Shown here: positions 29,629 to 38,728 of the stretch, one piece after another
Position numbering within the stretch: position 1 is the stretch's first letter
How the letters are laid out: the number at the start of each line of letters is the position of its first letter
Origin: a virus
Strand: one strand, 5' to 3'
IMG/VR virus record: IMGVR_UViG_3300032296_003714
Coordinates: 1-64,000 of that record
Length of the DNA stretch: 64,000 nucleotides
Translations under genes and position numbers: made by a program
The notes under the pieces: generated by a model
Database searches by the model: none
What the model was told of the DNA's origin: nothing
Seen by the model: the letters and a program-made list of their open reading frames with translations, nothing else

Positions 29629-31565
29629 TTTTCAAAAATTTTTTGCCATAGTTTAAGTATTTCTTCATTGGTTAAAGTGGACACCTCATTTTCAGTTTCT
29701 TCGTTTCCAAAAAATTTAGTACCGGTTGAATAACACTCATCTTTAACTAAACAAGCCACTTCTCCTTTTGATGAATGATAAACTCTACCTACTGAATCGT
29801 ACATAGATTGTTTATCGGTACTAGAACCAACAAAAACAACTTTAGTATTATCTATTTTAGGTTTTACATAATTTTCAAAATATCGGTCATCACCAATTTT
29901 ACCGAATAATAACACTTTTTCACAACCATCATTCAACGCCCTTTCAATGGAAAGGTGTGTTTGTTTTCTATCTTCAATAGCACCAATAACTCCAGCAATT
30001 AAGTCTAATTCTTCTTTATTTTTAGATACTAAATTTTCTTTTAAATTAGGAATTATGGTATAATTTCCTGTATAATTCTGATGAAAATCTTTATGTTGTT
30101 GGTGTAAAAAAACAGCTTCATCCCAATACCAAACTACTTTTGAAAAGTCATACCACCATTTTTCGTGTGAACAACAAATTACTTTTTTAACGGGAGGTCT
30201 TTCTTTGAAATTCATTACATGGCATAGTAAAATGTCATCTTTATCAAATTTTAATTCGCTGGAAAACGCTGATTTACATTTATCTATATGGTAATCATAT
30301 GGTCCATAAAAAGTGCAATCATATCCGTTATTATTAAAAAAGTTGGTTAAATTTATTTGGGCAATTGTTGACCCCCCTTGTTCACTATAACCTGTTATTA
30401 TTTTTATTTTTTGTTTTGTTGTTCCTACAAGTTCCGAATCCAAAGAGTCAAAAACCACATCCTTATTGAATTCGTCTAAAGTTACAGATTTCTTTAATGA
30501 GTTGTGAGATAATAATATTTTATCTTTAGACAATATTATTTTTGGTATATCTGAATATAACTTACATAATTGTACCGTATCGTAGTTATTCAAAATTATT
30601 ATAAGGTCTTGGTTAAGTTGACTAACTTTGTACAACATATTTGGTTGAGAAACCTTTACACCATCAGGTGTATTCAAAGACCATCGACCGTCACCAATTT
30701 TATAACCTGGAGGATTATTAAGAGAGTAGTAATTTATATTATGTTTAGAAAGATATCCTCTGACAAACTTTTCGTTGTCTGTCATAATACTTAGCTCCCA
30801 ATTATATTCTAAACATTTTTCAACCAAAGACTTTAATTCTGATGGAATTATAAATTGTTGAGACGCTGAAATTAAAACTTTGAGTCTTTCACTTTTATCT
30901 CTTAATAAGAATTTAGGAAGTTGTGATTCAAATTTTTTAGAGAATATTTCTCTATTATCTTCCCATTGTTGATTTGTAACGCCAATAGATTTATGAGTAA
31001 TTCTTATATTTGTAATAACACCAATCTTTACTCCTTCCAAAAAATTTTGGAAACAAAATTCAATATCATAGAAATGAAATCCATCTACAGTTTCGTCAAA
31101 ATTCTTTTTAATTTTTTTCTTGTCCATGGCAATAAAAAGACCATCAACAACCACACATTCTTTTACATTATTTCCAAATCCTGAAGAATATTTTGATTCC
31201 CATTTTTTTCCTTCATGTTCGTGATTAACAATCCCAAACATTTTTTTTCTATCTTCCCACCATCTACCACTTTTTGGCATGTAGGTTGTTCCTGCCATAC
31301 CCAAGATACCATATTCACTTTTTTCAAAGTGTTTTATTAGTTTATGATACCAAGACGTTGTGTCAAAATAAATGTCATCGTGGCATAATACCACGATGTC
31401 ATTTGATGATTCTTTTAGAATTTCATTATAAACCTGACTCAAAGATTTTTGACCATTGTTAACCTTCTCGATAACTTCAATATTTTTGAACCCTGAACTT
31501 TTTTTCAAGTATTCAACAAACTCAGGATTGTGAACTCTGGTGGAAAATCCAATTGTTAAACTCAT
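29625..31565 (-). CDS. Multidomain glycosyltransferase (GT2-like N-term plus GT-B-like C-term)
   Basis: VLCHDDI, VVDGLF, FHFYD.EF in N-domain; GGST, IGAIEDRKQ, YHSSKGE in C-domain. Confidence 0.8.
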   Translation of the reverse strand: MSLTIGFSTRVHNPEFVEYLKKSSGFKNIEVIEKVNNGQKSLSQVYNEILKESSNDIVVLCHDDIYFDTTSWYHKLIKHFEKSEYGILGMAGTTYMPKSGRWWEDRKKMFGIVNHEHEGKKWESKYSSGFGNNVKECVVVDGLFIAMDKKKIKKNFDETVDGFHFYDIEFCFQNFLEGVKIGVITNIRITHKSIGVTNQQWEDNREIFSKKFESQLPKFLLRDKSERLKVLISASQQFIIPSELKSLVEKCLEYNWELSIMTDNEKFVRGYLSKHNINYYSLNNPPGYKIGDGRWSLNTPDGVKVSQPNMLYKVSQLNQDLIIILNNYDTVQLCKLYSDIPKIILSKDKILLSHNSLKKSVTLDEFNKDVVFDSLDSELVGTTKQKIKIITGYSEQGGSTIAQINLTNFFNNNGYDCTFYGPYDYHIDKCKSAFSSELKFDKDDILLCHVMNFKERPPVKKVICCSHEKWWYDFSKVVWYWDEAVFLHQQHKDFHQNYTGNYTIIPNLKENLVSKNKEELDLIAGVIGAIEDRKQTHLSIERALNDGCEKVLLFGKIGDDRYFENYVKPKIDNTKVVFVGSSTDKQSMYDSVGRVYHSSKGEVACLVKDECYSTGTKFFGNEETENEVSTLTNEEILKLWQKIFEK

Positions 31566-32173
31566 TATTGTAAATTTAAACCTGTACTGCCAAATCCGTT
31601 TTCACCCCTTTCAGTTTCCTCAACATTATCAACTTCTACTATTGTTACATATCTACCTGAAGCCACGGGACAAAGAACCGCTTGTGCAATTTTCATCTTA
31701 TTTTTAATTGTAAATGACTTGTTGTTTGTGTTGAACACAATAACTTTTAGTTCTCCATTATATCCTTGGTCTACAGTTCCTGGTGTGTTTAATACGGTGA
31801 TACCCTCCTTAATTGCCAAACCACTTTTTGGTCTGATTTGAATTTCAAACCCTTGTGGTATGTTTGCTCTCAACCCTGTTGGGACTAAGGCTCTTCCAAA
31901 GGGTTCAATAGTAATTTCTTCCACAGAACACAAATCGAATCCTGAGTCTGTTGGGTAGGCATATGATGGCAAAATTGCATCCTCATGTATCCTTTGTATA
32001 AGAAGTTTACTCTTTATACTTTCATCATAGAGTTCGTCCTGCAGTTCTCTTAGAGTTTCCGTAAAAATACTTTCACCGATATCACTATTTTCATCAGTGA
32101 GTTCCGCACCATATTTTTTCTGTAACTTTTCAAATTCTGCACTAATCTGTTTTAAAAAATCTTGTTCGTCCAT
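31565..32173 (-). CDS. dut: Trimeric dUTPase
   Basis: SGFDL, IRPKSGLA, NTPGTVDQGYNGE, KIAQ, RGENGFGSTG. Confidence 0.95.
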   Translation of the reverse strand: MDEQDFLKQISAEFEKLQKKYGAELTDENSDIGESIFTETLRELQDELYDESIKSKLLIQRIHEDAILPSYAYPTDSGFDLCSVEEITIEPFGRALVPTGLRANIPQGFEIQIRPKSGLAIKEGITVLNTPGTVDQGYNGELKVIVFNTNNKSFTIKNKMKIAQAVLCPVASGRYVTIVEVDNVEETERGENGFGSTGLNLQ

Positions 32174-32874
32174 TATTTTAAATTTACTAGTTTATTAACC
32201 ACCTCATACAACTGCACTACGTCTTTCTCACAATATTTGTTTATCTTATCATAATCTTTTTCATTCCAAAAAACTTCATGTACTCTTGAACCGTCCATTT
32301 CATCAGATTTTGGCGAAGGTACACCTAAAACTCCACACATCAAATCTAAAGTTGATATTGATGCGTATTGACCAAATTGCCATACATCCCTTGTATCAAC
32401 AGCTTTAATTTCCCAAGGTTTAGTGTCATAAGAAGGTAAAATTTTCGGAGGAAGCATACCATTGATTACCATCCTTTTACCAATCATAGGGATATCAAAG
32501 TTTTTAACATTATGACCACATAACCAATATCCCATCTCACCACACTTAATTAAGGTCTTTCTGACATTCTCCAATAACTTTTTTTCATTTGTATCGGAAA
32601 TTACAGTTGTTTTGAATTTACCATTAGGGTCAACTACACCCATACAAACACACACAATTTTTGCAAATTCAGGAACCAATGCGGTTCTTATTTTAAACAT
32701 CTCACTCAAAGACAAATTTTCATCTTCAGGGAATCTTTTTTTGAACCATGATTCGTAGTGTTCAAATAAAGAAGCTAGTTTATCATCTTTTTTGCAAAGG
32801 TCTTCGTATGTGCTTTCTGTACCGACAGTTTCGATGTCGATAAATAGTAACTTTTCAATTGGTAAATTTATCAT
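32173..32874 (-). CDS. 3'-5' exonuclease (PolB-like DEDD)
   Basis: FIDIET, GHNVKNFDIP, YCEKDV. Confidence 0.88.
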   Translation of the reverse strand: MINLPIEKLLFIDIETVGTESTYEDLCKKDDKLASLFEHYESWFKKRFPEDENLSLSEMFKIRTALVPEFAKIVCVCMGVVDPNGKFKTTVISDTNEKKLLENVRKTLIKCGEMGYWLCGHNVKNFDIPMIGKRMVINGMLPPKILPSYDTKPWEIKAVDTRDVWQFGQYASISTLDLMCGVLGVPSPKSDEMDGSRVHEVFWNEKDYDKINKYCEKDVVQLYEVVNKLVNLK

Positions 32875-34085
32875 ATAACAGATTTATAAAACTCCGCTCT
32901 ATTTTTTGTAATGGTATTTAAATCGTAAGTGTCTTTTACGGTTTCATACAATCTTTCGCCCATGTCTTTTATTAGGTTTGGATTCTTCACTAATTTCTCT
33001 ATGAATTTTGCCCAATCGGAGTGATTTCTGTTTTCATCAACCAACAAAGCATTTCCGTCAACAAAGTTACCATTTTTTAAACTATGTTTCAAATCAATTG
33101 TATATGGACCAAGATTTGAGGCAATCAACGCCTTTTTATAGAAACCAGACTCAATTACTTTAAGTTGTGATTTCATCCTATTAAACATATGATTTTTAAT
33201 TGGTGCTAGTGAGATATCAAACCTTGAGTAATTTTTTGCATATGATGTTACAGGTTTTGTCCAAACCCTTGCATAAGATTCAGATGACTCTTTTTGGTAA
33301 TCTTCTTGTGTATAGTTTAATAAAAACTTTTTGTAATCCTCAGATATTATCTGAAAGTTTTGTGTGAATATTTTTTCATACGAAGCCCATACCGTTTCTT
33401 CAGGCCTAATATTTCTTCTTACCTGTTCACCTGTTTGTTGATTGATTTCTGTAACGCTACCTCTCGTATCAAATCCACAAAGAACATATTGTACTCTATC
33501 TTTGATTGGCATCAGTTTGCTAAAAGACTGGTCTAATAATTGTAAATCATGTAAGTGAGAAGAACCACCTAACCATCCTATTCTAATTCTGTCAAATTCA
33601 GGGGTAGGTTCCATGAACTGAGGTTCTTTAGGATTAACACCATTTGGTAGAACGAAAACATTTTTATTTGTTTTCATTATTTCATCCGCAAATAAAGTTG
33701 TTGTGGTTGTAACATGTTTTGCAACTCTTATGTTTGCGACTATTTTTTCATTTATTTTATTAAACCTAATAATGTCGTGAATCGGATGTTCTTTACCAGG
33801 CATCCAATAATCGTCAATATCACAAATAGTGACGATACCCATTGAGTTTAATTTTTGAATGAACTGATTTGCAAAATCAAAATCATTGCCTATGCTCCTA
33901 TGAAATGCAACAATTTGATATTGTTTCCAAAAATCCATATCGGATACATTTGGTTCATAATCGATATCTACATGAAATTCATTAGGATATAGATTCTGTA
34001 AAAAAATGTGTGGGTCAACAGACCTGAATTTACCAACACCCGTTCTATCTGAAGGGATAACTAAAATTTTAATTTTTGACATCAT
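32871..34085 (-). CDS. Glycosyltransferase, GT-B/GT4-like
   Basis: DIDDYW, IGWLGGSSH..DL, DISLAP....FN..KS.LKVIE.G. Confidence 0.82.
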   Translation of the reverse strand: MMSKIKILVIPSDRTGVGKFRSVDPHIFLQNLYPNEFHVDIDYEPNVSDMDFWKQYQIVAFHRSIGNDFDFANQFIQKLNSMGIVTICDIDDYWMPGKEHPIHDIIRFNKINEKIVANIRVAKHVTTTTTLFADEIMKTNKNVFVLPNGVNPKEPQFMEPTPEFDRIRIGWLGGSSHLHDLQLLDQSFSKLMPIKDRVQYVLCGFDTRGSVTEINQQTGEQVRRNIRPEETVWASYEKIFTQNFQIISEDYKKFLLNYTQEDYQKESSESYARVWTKPVTSYAKNYSRFDISLAPIKNHMFNRMKSQLKVIESGFYKKALIASNLGPYTIDLKHSLKNGNFVDGNALLVDENRNHSDWAKFIEKLVKNPNLIKDMGERLYETVKDTYDLNTITKNRAEFYKSVI

Positions 34086-34100
34086 AAATTATTATTCAGT

Positions 34101-34108
34101 CAAAAATA
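34101..34108 (-). promoter_or_regulatory. Bacteroidota-type -7 element at head of the left glycosylation operon
   Basis: TATTTTTG (TAnnTTTG) 15 nt upstream of ATG 34085; no clear -33. Confidence 0.45.
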
Positions 34109-34137
34109 TAATCCTAATTATCTAATAAAAAAAGGGG

Positions 34138-34701
34138 TTATGATATTTTTTTGATTTTTGTTACTTTACCTTCGAATATATGTTTTCCTACTTTAAAACT
34201 AAAAACTTCGTTAGTTTTTTCTTCGGATTCAGTAATTAATCCATTTTCTTTCAATACCTTTCTTACTGTGGATTCTACTATTTGTTGTATTTGTTTAACA
34301 TCAAGATTTGATGTTTTTTGATTAGTATTTTGTTCCACAACAGGTTCTTTACCATCTCTCATTAATCTTGTTGCCTTTTCTACAAGTTCATCTGAAAGTG
34401 CACTTGTTTGCATCTGGACTGGTTGTATAGGATGCTCAATCATTAATTTTTTAATTTCATCAGGTAACCTTGAGTTTTTTATGGCTTCGACTGTTGGAGT
34501 TTTCATTGGTCTGTCCGAAGGTAACCTTGATGGTGTTTTTGTCTCTGACATAAACTCCTGAGGAATGTTGAATTTTGCTTCGGGTGCGTCAAACTGTTGT
34601 AATGATGTTGGGGGAAGTCCTCCGTTACCCACTTTCTTTATGCTATCAGATTTATCCATAATAGCTTTAGATATCATAAGTTTTTCCATTAATCTGTCCA
34701 T
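34138..34701 (-). CDS. Hypothetical protein
   Basis: 187-aa ORF. Confidence 0.65.
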   Translation of the reverse strand: MDRLMEKLMISKAIMDKSDSIKKVGNGGLPPTSLQQFDAPEAKFNIPQEFMSETKTPSRLPSDRPMKTPTVEAIKNSRLPDEIKKLMIEHPIQPVQMQTSALSDELVEKATRLMRDGKEPVVEQNTNQKTSNLDVKQIQQIVESTVRKVLKENGLITESEEKTNEVFSFKVGKHIFEGKVTKIKKIS

Positions 34702-34704
34702 AAT

Positions 34705-35085
34705 TTAAAATTTACTAATAATAATAACATTAGTCATGCTTTTGTCACCATTTGGATTAAAATTTGGTCTCATTTGTGTGAAAATTTCTCCGGTAGGCTT
34801 CAACGATAAGATTTTATCTATCCTAAATAATCTCCATCCTGGTAGGGGTTGTTCTCCTTTAAATCCCGTATGAGAAGCACCTTCTTCATCCCAAGCTCTA
34901 AGAACTTTGTTACCTGCTTTACTGACACCTAAGCACACGGGTTCTATTTCCCTTAATCCACGTCCTCCTGGTTCATCACCATCATAATATATAATGCACT
35001 TCTTCTTGTTTTTTATACAATCAGTTATGGACTCGATTGAAGCAATCTCACAAATTAACCCTTTAAGTGTTCCTTGTAATTTCAT
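34705..35085 (-). CDS. Stand-alone WYL-domain protein
   Basis: IYY.G......REIEP..LG......LRAW.....WRLFRIDKI. Confidence 0.8.
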   Translation of the reverse strand: MKLQGTLKGLICEIASIESITDCIKNKKKCIIYYDGDEPGGRGLREIEPVCLGVSKAGNKVLRAWDEEGASHTGFKGEQPLPGWRLFRIDKILSLKPTGEIFTQMRPNFNPNGDKSMTNVIIISKF

Positions 35086-35381
35086 ATTTGAAAGTCAGGA
35101 TATGGTTTTGAAGAATTGTATCTATTAATTTTTATTTCATTTTTTCTTTCGGCGATGTCAGTTTTGTCACCAGCCGCTTGATTATATACATCTAAAAATA
35201 CTCCTGTACCTCTACCTCTAGCATCACCATCAGCAACAGCATCTCTATTCACGGCGGAATATTGATTACCGACAGCATTAAAATCATTTTTAGGTATTAA
35301 TTTAGCTCTTTCTTGGTCTGCAATTGCAGTCATTGCATTTGCAACATTTTGAGACAAATCAAGTGTAAGTTCGTTTGCCAT
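35082..35381 (-). CDS. Hypothetical protein
   Basis: 99-aa ORF in operon. Confidence 0.6.
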   Translation of the reverse strand: MANELTLDLSQNVANAMTAIADQERAKLIPKNDFNAVGNQYSAVNRDAVADGDARGRGTGVFLDVYNQAAGDKTDIAERKNEIKINRYNSSKPYPDFQI

Positions 35382-35384
35382 AGT

Positions 35385-35861
35385 TTAAATTTTTGATATT
35401 ATTTCGTTTATTCTTCTTAAAGATTCTGTAACCGCAACATCGTATTTTGATAATGTTGAGCTATGTTCTTTGGATTTTCTAACATTTGTAAAATCTTTCT
35501 TTTCGTGAGGTCTGATAAATTGGTTCATCATACCTGTTTCCATTTTATTTGTTTTGGTTAATTTTTGACCTTCTCTCATTCTCCTCAAAATATCATTAAC
35601 CCAATTTTTCATTTCTACACCGCCATTCAAAATAAATGAAGGGTGTTTTTGGTCTCCTGTAAAATTGTCAAAAAAGTTTTTAATCCTTTTTAATTGTTTG
35701 TAGTCTATTGTTTCTTTCCCTTGAAGCTCTTTATTTCTTTGATATCCTTCAATATCTTCTCTAACTTCACCAGCCATTTTCATGCACTTAGCCATATGTT
35801 CCCTTTTATCTTTAGGGAAATCAATTACACCACTGGCATTATTATATAATTCTTTATTCAC
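35385..35861 (-). CDS. Hypothetical (possible head-associated) protein
   Basis: 158 aa; LKRIKNFFD...LNGG..M.NWV; C-terminal VTESLRRINEII. Confidence 0.6.
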   Translation of the reverse strand: MNKELYNNASGVIDFPKDKREHMAKCMKMAGEVREDIEGYQRNKELQGKETIDYKQLKRIKNFFDNFTGDQKHPSFILNGGVEMKNWVNDILRRMREGQKLTKTNKMETGMMNQFIRPHEKKDFTNVRKSKEHSSTLSKYDVAVTESLRRINEIISKI

Positions 35862-36642
35862 TACCTAATAGTTTAATTATGTCTTTTTTAGACATTCCTT
35901 GTTTCTCCGCTTGTCTCATCAGAGAGTTAATTTGTTTTTTTATAATACTACTAACTTTATTCTCTTTACTACCCACCTCTGAATTATCATCTGATTTTTT
36001 ATTAACAATAATATCTTCCAACACTTTAATAGCTTTTTGTCTTTGTAATTCTTCAATTCTTTCTTTTTCTTGAAGTCTTATTCTCATATCAGCCCCTTGC
36101 TTTTTCTTTTTATCAAGTTTTGGAACTTTTCCCATTTCTTCGGCTCTACCTACGGGGTCGTCAACACCCATCTTCTTAAGTTTTTTTATAGTTTCTTTCG
36201 GTGGTAAATCTTTTGTTTCCTCGTATCCAAATGCCTTGGACATATCTTCTTCACCAAAATAACTTCTATATGAATAACCTCTTCTGAATATATCACTAGG
36301 TTGAACAGCCATAGCAATAGTTTGGTCCATAGTTTTTCTTGGGTGCATTTTTGGGTCTAAAATAGGTATCTTTGAATTCATCAAACTTCCGTCTCCATCA
36401 ACCAACTCATCGATTTCAGATTTCATTTGTTTTGTAGACTTTTTCTTTTTTACCTTCAAAACTTTTTCCAAGTATTTTTCTATCTTGTCCAACTTATCTT
36501 TTGGAATTTTAACTACCTCATCTTTTTTTCTCGCTTCAGTCAACGTATCCTCACAAGAAAAATAAAGTGAATAATCATTTTTATTTTCTTTCAAGAAAAA
36601 ATAGTAAGAGTTATAAAAAAATTCTTTATCTAAAGTAATCAT
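35854..36642 (-). CDS. Hypothetical protein
   Basis: 262-aa charged ORF preceded by TATTTAT. Confidence 0.65.
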   Translation of the reverse strand: MITLDKEFFYNSYYFFLKENKNDYSLYFSCEDTLTEARKKDEVVKIPKDKLDKIEKYLEKVLKVKKKKSTKQMKSEIDELVDGDGSLMNSKIPILDPKMHPRKTMDQTIAMAVQPSDIFRRGYSYRSYFGEEDMSKAFGYEETKDLPPKETIKKLKKMGVDDPVGRAEEMGKVPKLDKKKKQGADMRIRLQEKERIEELQRQKAIKVLEDIIVNKKSDDNSEVGSKENKVSSIIKKQINSLMRQAEKQGMSKKDIIKLLGSE

Positions 36643-36653
36643 CTTTTTTTACT

Positions 36654-36680
36654 ATAAATACTTCAACAAAAGGTATTTAT
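36654..36680. promoter_or_regulatory. Back-to-back divergent putative late promoters (TATTTAT)
   Basis: ATAAATA at 36654-36660 (minus-strand TATTTAT) and TATTTAT at 36674-36680, each 11 nt from an ATG. Confidence 0.65.
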
Positions 36681-36691
36681 TCTATTAGATT

Positions 36692-38722
36692 ATGTCATAT
36701 CAAAATATAAATCAATATGTGTTTAGAAGGTTATACCTAAAACCACTTAGGGAAATAACTGATATATCGTTAGCCTCAGATGAAAAAGATTATGACCAAG
36801 AGGTTATTTTCTCTCCACTATTGATAGGTGAAGATGATGGTAATAGAATGCCATTAAGGTTTGATTTCAATAGTTCAGGTACAACAGATTGTGTTAATTG
36901 TGGTGATTTTGATAAAGATACAGTAGTTTCTGAAAATTATTGGAACCCTTTAGATTTAGATTTAATAAATTGTGGAACAATAACTGAAATATGTGATGTT
37001 GGATTGACAGGTATCGATAACGGTCTCGTTAAAGCTTTTTCGGGTGAAACAATAGAATTAAATAGTGGATTATATACCTCACGTGCAGATAGATTCTCAA
37101 GATACAAATACGATAGAAGATTTAAAATGCACCCGATTACAGGGTTTACCACGTCATCAGATAGAATATTAGATGATGATTCATACACATATGAAGTAAG
37201 TTTTGATAATGATTCTAATGTTATTGGAGATTATATAAAATTTAATGGGGGATTTTATCAAGGTTTTTATAAGTCATTCGGATATGATTATCAGGTATTA
37301 CCTGAAAGGTATAATTTAGGTTGGACTTCAGAGTTCATGTTGAGATATAGATGGACAGGAGATACTGACACGGGTTTGAATGCAAGATATCCAAATAACA
37401 AGGGAACATTTTTTTATTATGGTGCTAGAGCGGAAAACAAGTTTTACCATTATGCCGATGGCTCTCCATTGAGTGATAGTGGGTATACAAGGGTTACACA
37501 AGGGTTAAATTGTTTGGAAACTTGTGGTTGTTCTTATACTGCAAATACTGCATCAACGTGTAACTATGTTTACCAACAATCAGGTGTAACGTCACAAAAT
37601 TGTAGTTGCGGTCAATGCCCTTGTAACTGTACTACGTTTGCTTTAATGCCGGAAAAAGACCCTAAATGGGATGAGGTTTCTAATGCCATGTCTTTGAGGT
37701 TGAGTGGGGATACAGGTAGTCCTAAACTTTGTGTTAAAACATATAGAATAACTGGTGATTGTGAAACAACCGGAACTTGTGCCACAGGTTTAACATACAC
37801 AACAGGAACAAGTGTAACTGAATGGTGTTCTACAAGGGGTATTTTTGATGACTGTTCTGGTAGTACATATTCAGAAACTGAAAGGTGGGTACAAATAGAT
37901 GCGGTCTTTCAAAGAAACACCTATTTAGATGATTGTGATTTACTATATAAAGGAGGTTTGGGTGAACTTGTAAAGACAGTATATACCGCCAGCTCAGCTA
38001 ATAATAGTGTTAGCTTAATACAGCCACCTATAACCCAAGAAATAGATTATGACCCAGCAACTGTCGAGGTTGTGGAAATGAATGAAAGATGGTTAGAAGA
38101 AAAAAATTATAGATTAGGAACTCTCAAGTTTTATGTTAATGGTAAATTGTTCTTGGTAGTAAATGGGTTTGAAGAAATTATACCAAGACCTTTAAATACT
38201 CTCAGAGAAACTCAAATAGGGGTTGCATATAACATATCATTAGGAGGAGGTACTCAAGGGTTACATGATAATTTAACTGTAACAGATTGTGCAACGACAT
38301 TGACAGGAATGACTTATCAACAAGACCCTGAATGTTTGCCAACTGAGGTTTTGGATGAAACATCTTACTCAGGTCTAACAACAAATATAAAACTTGAAGA
38401 GTACTTTGGGGGTAGCTTTTATGGTGACATTAGTGCTTTCAGGATGTATACAGAGCCGTTAAATGGAGCTCAGATAAGACATAATTTCAAATTATTAAAA
38501 GATAAATATTCATTATTAGACCCGTTCTGTTTGAAATGTGACACTCCAATAATTCCAATACCAACAACCCCCACTCCCACACCGACTCAAACAAGTACAA
38601 CAACCCCCACTCCCACACCGACTCAAACACCAACTCCTAGTTTTGTAGATAATAATTTCTTATTACAAGAAAATTTAGACTATTTATTACAAGAGGACGG
38701 AAATAAAATTATTATAACATAA
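36692..38722 (+). CDS. Cys/Thr-rich virion protein with LamG/ConA-like elements and TP-repeat tail
   Basis: LKFYVNGKL, F.GDIS.FRMY.EPL...QI; PTPTPTQT repeats; C-terminal LLQENLDYLLQEDG. Confidence 0.7.
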   Translation: MSYQNINQYVFRRLYLKPLREITDISLASDEKDYDQEVIFSPLLIGEDDGNRMPLRFDFNSSGTTDCVNCGDFDKDTVVSENYWNPLDLDLINCGTITEICDVGLTGIDNGLVKAFSGETIELNSGLYTSRADRFSRYKYDRRFKMHPITGFTTSSDRILDDDSYTYEVSFDNDSNVIGDYIKFNGGFYQGFYKSFGYDYQVLPERYNLGWTSEFMLRYRWTGDTDTGLNARYPNNKGTFFYYGARAENKFYHYADGSPLSDSGYTRVTQGLNCLETCGCSYTANTASTCNYVYQQSGVTSQNCSCGQCPCNCTTFALMPEKDPKWDEVSNAMSLRLSGDTGSPKLCVKTYRITGDCETTGTCATGLTYTTGTSVTEWCSTRGIFDDCSGSTYSETERWVQIDAVFQRNTYLDDCDLLYKGGLGELVKTVYTASSANNSVSLIQPPITQEIDYDPATVEVVEMNERWLEEKNYRLGTLKFYVNGKLFLVVNGFEEIIPRPLNTLRETQIGVAYNISLGGGTQGLHDNLTVTDCATTLTGMTYQQDPECLPTEVLDETSYSGLTTNIKLEEYFGGSFYGDISAFRMYTEPLNGAQIRHNFKLLKDKYSLLDPFCLKCDTPIIPIPTTPTPTPTQTSTTTPTPTPTQTPTPSFVDNNFLLQENLDYLLQEDGNKIIIT

Positions 38723-38728
38723 AAGAAC

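Noticed and set aside
19369-34085. GT cluster as a T4-like DNA glucosylation system
   Set aside because: No hydroxymethylase or base-modifying gene in the window and the GT families are glycan/protein type; not excluded for the GT-B genes.
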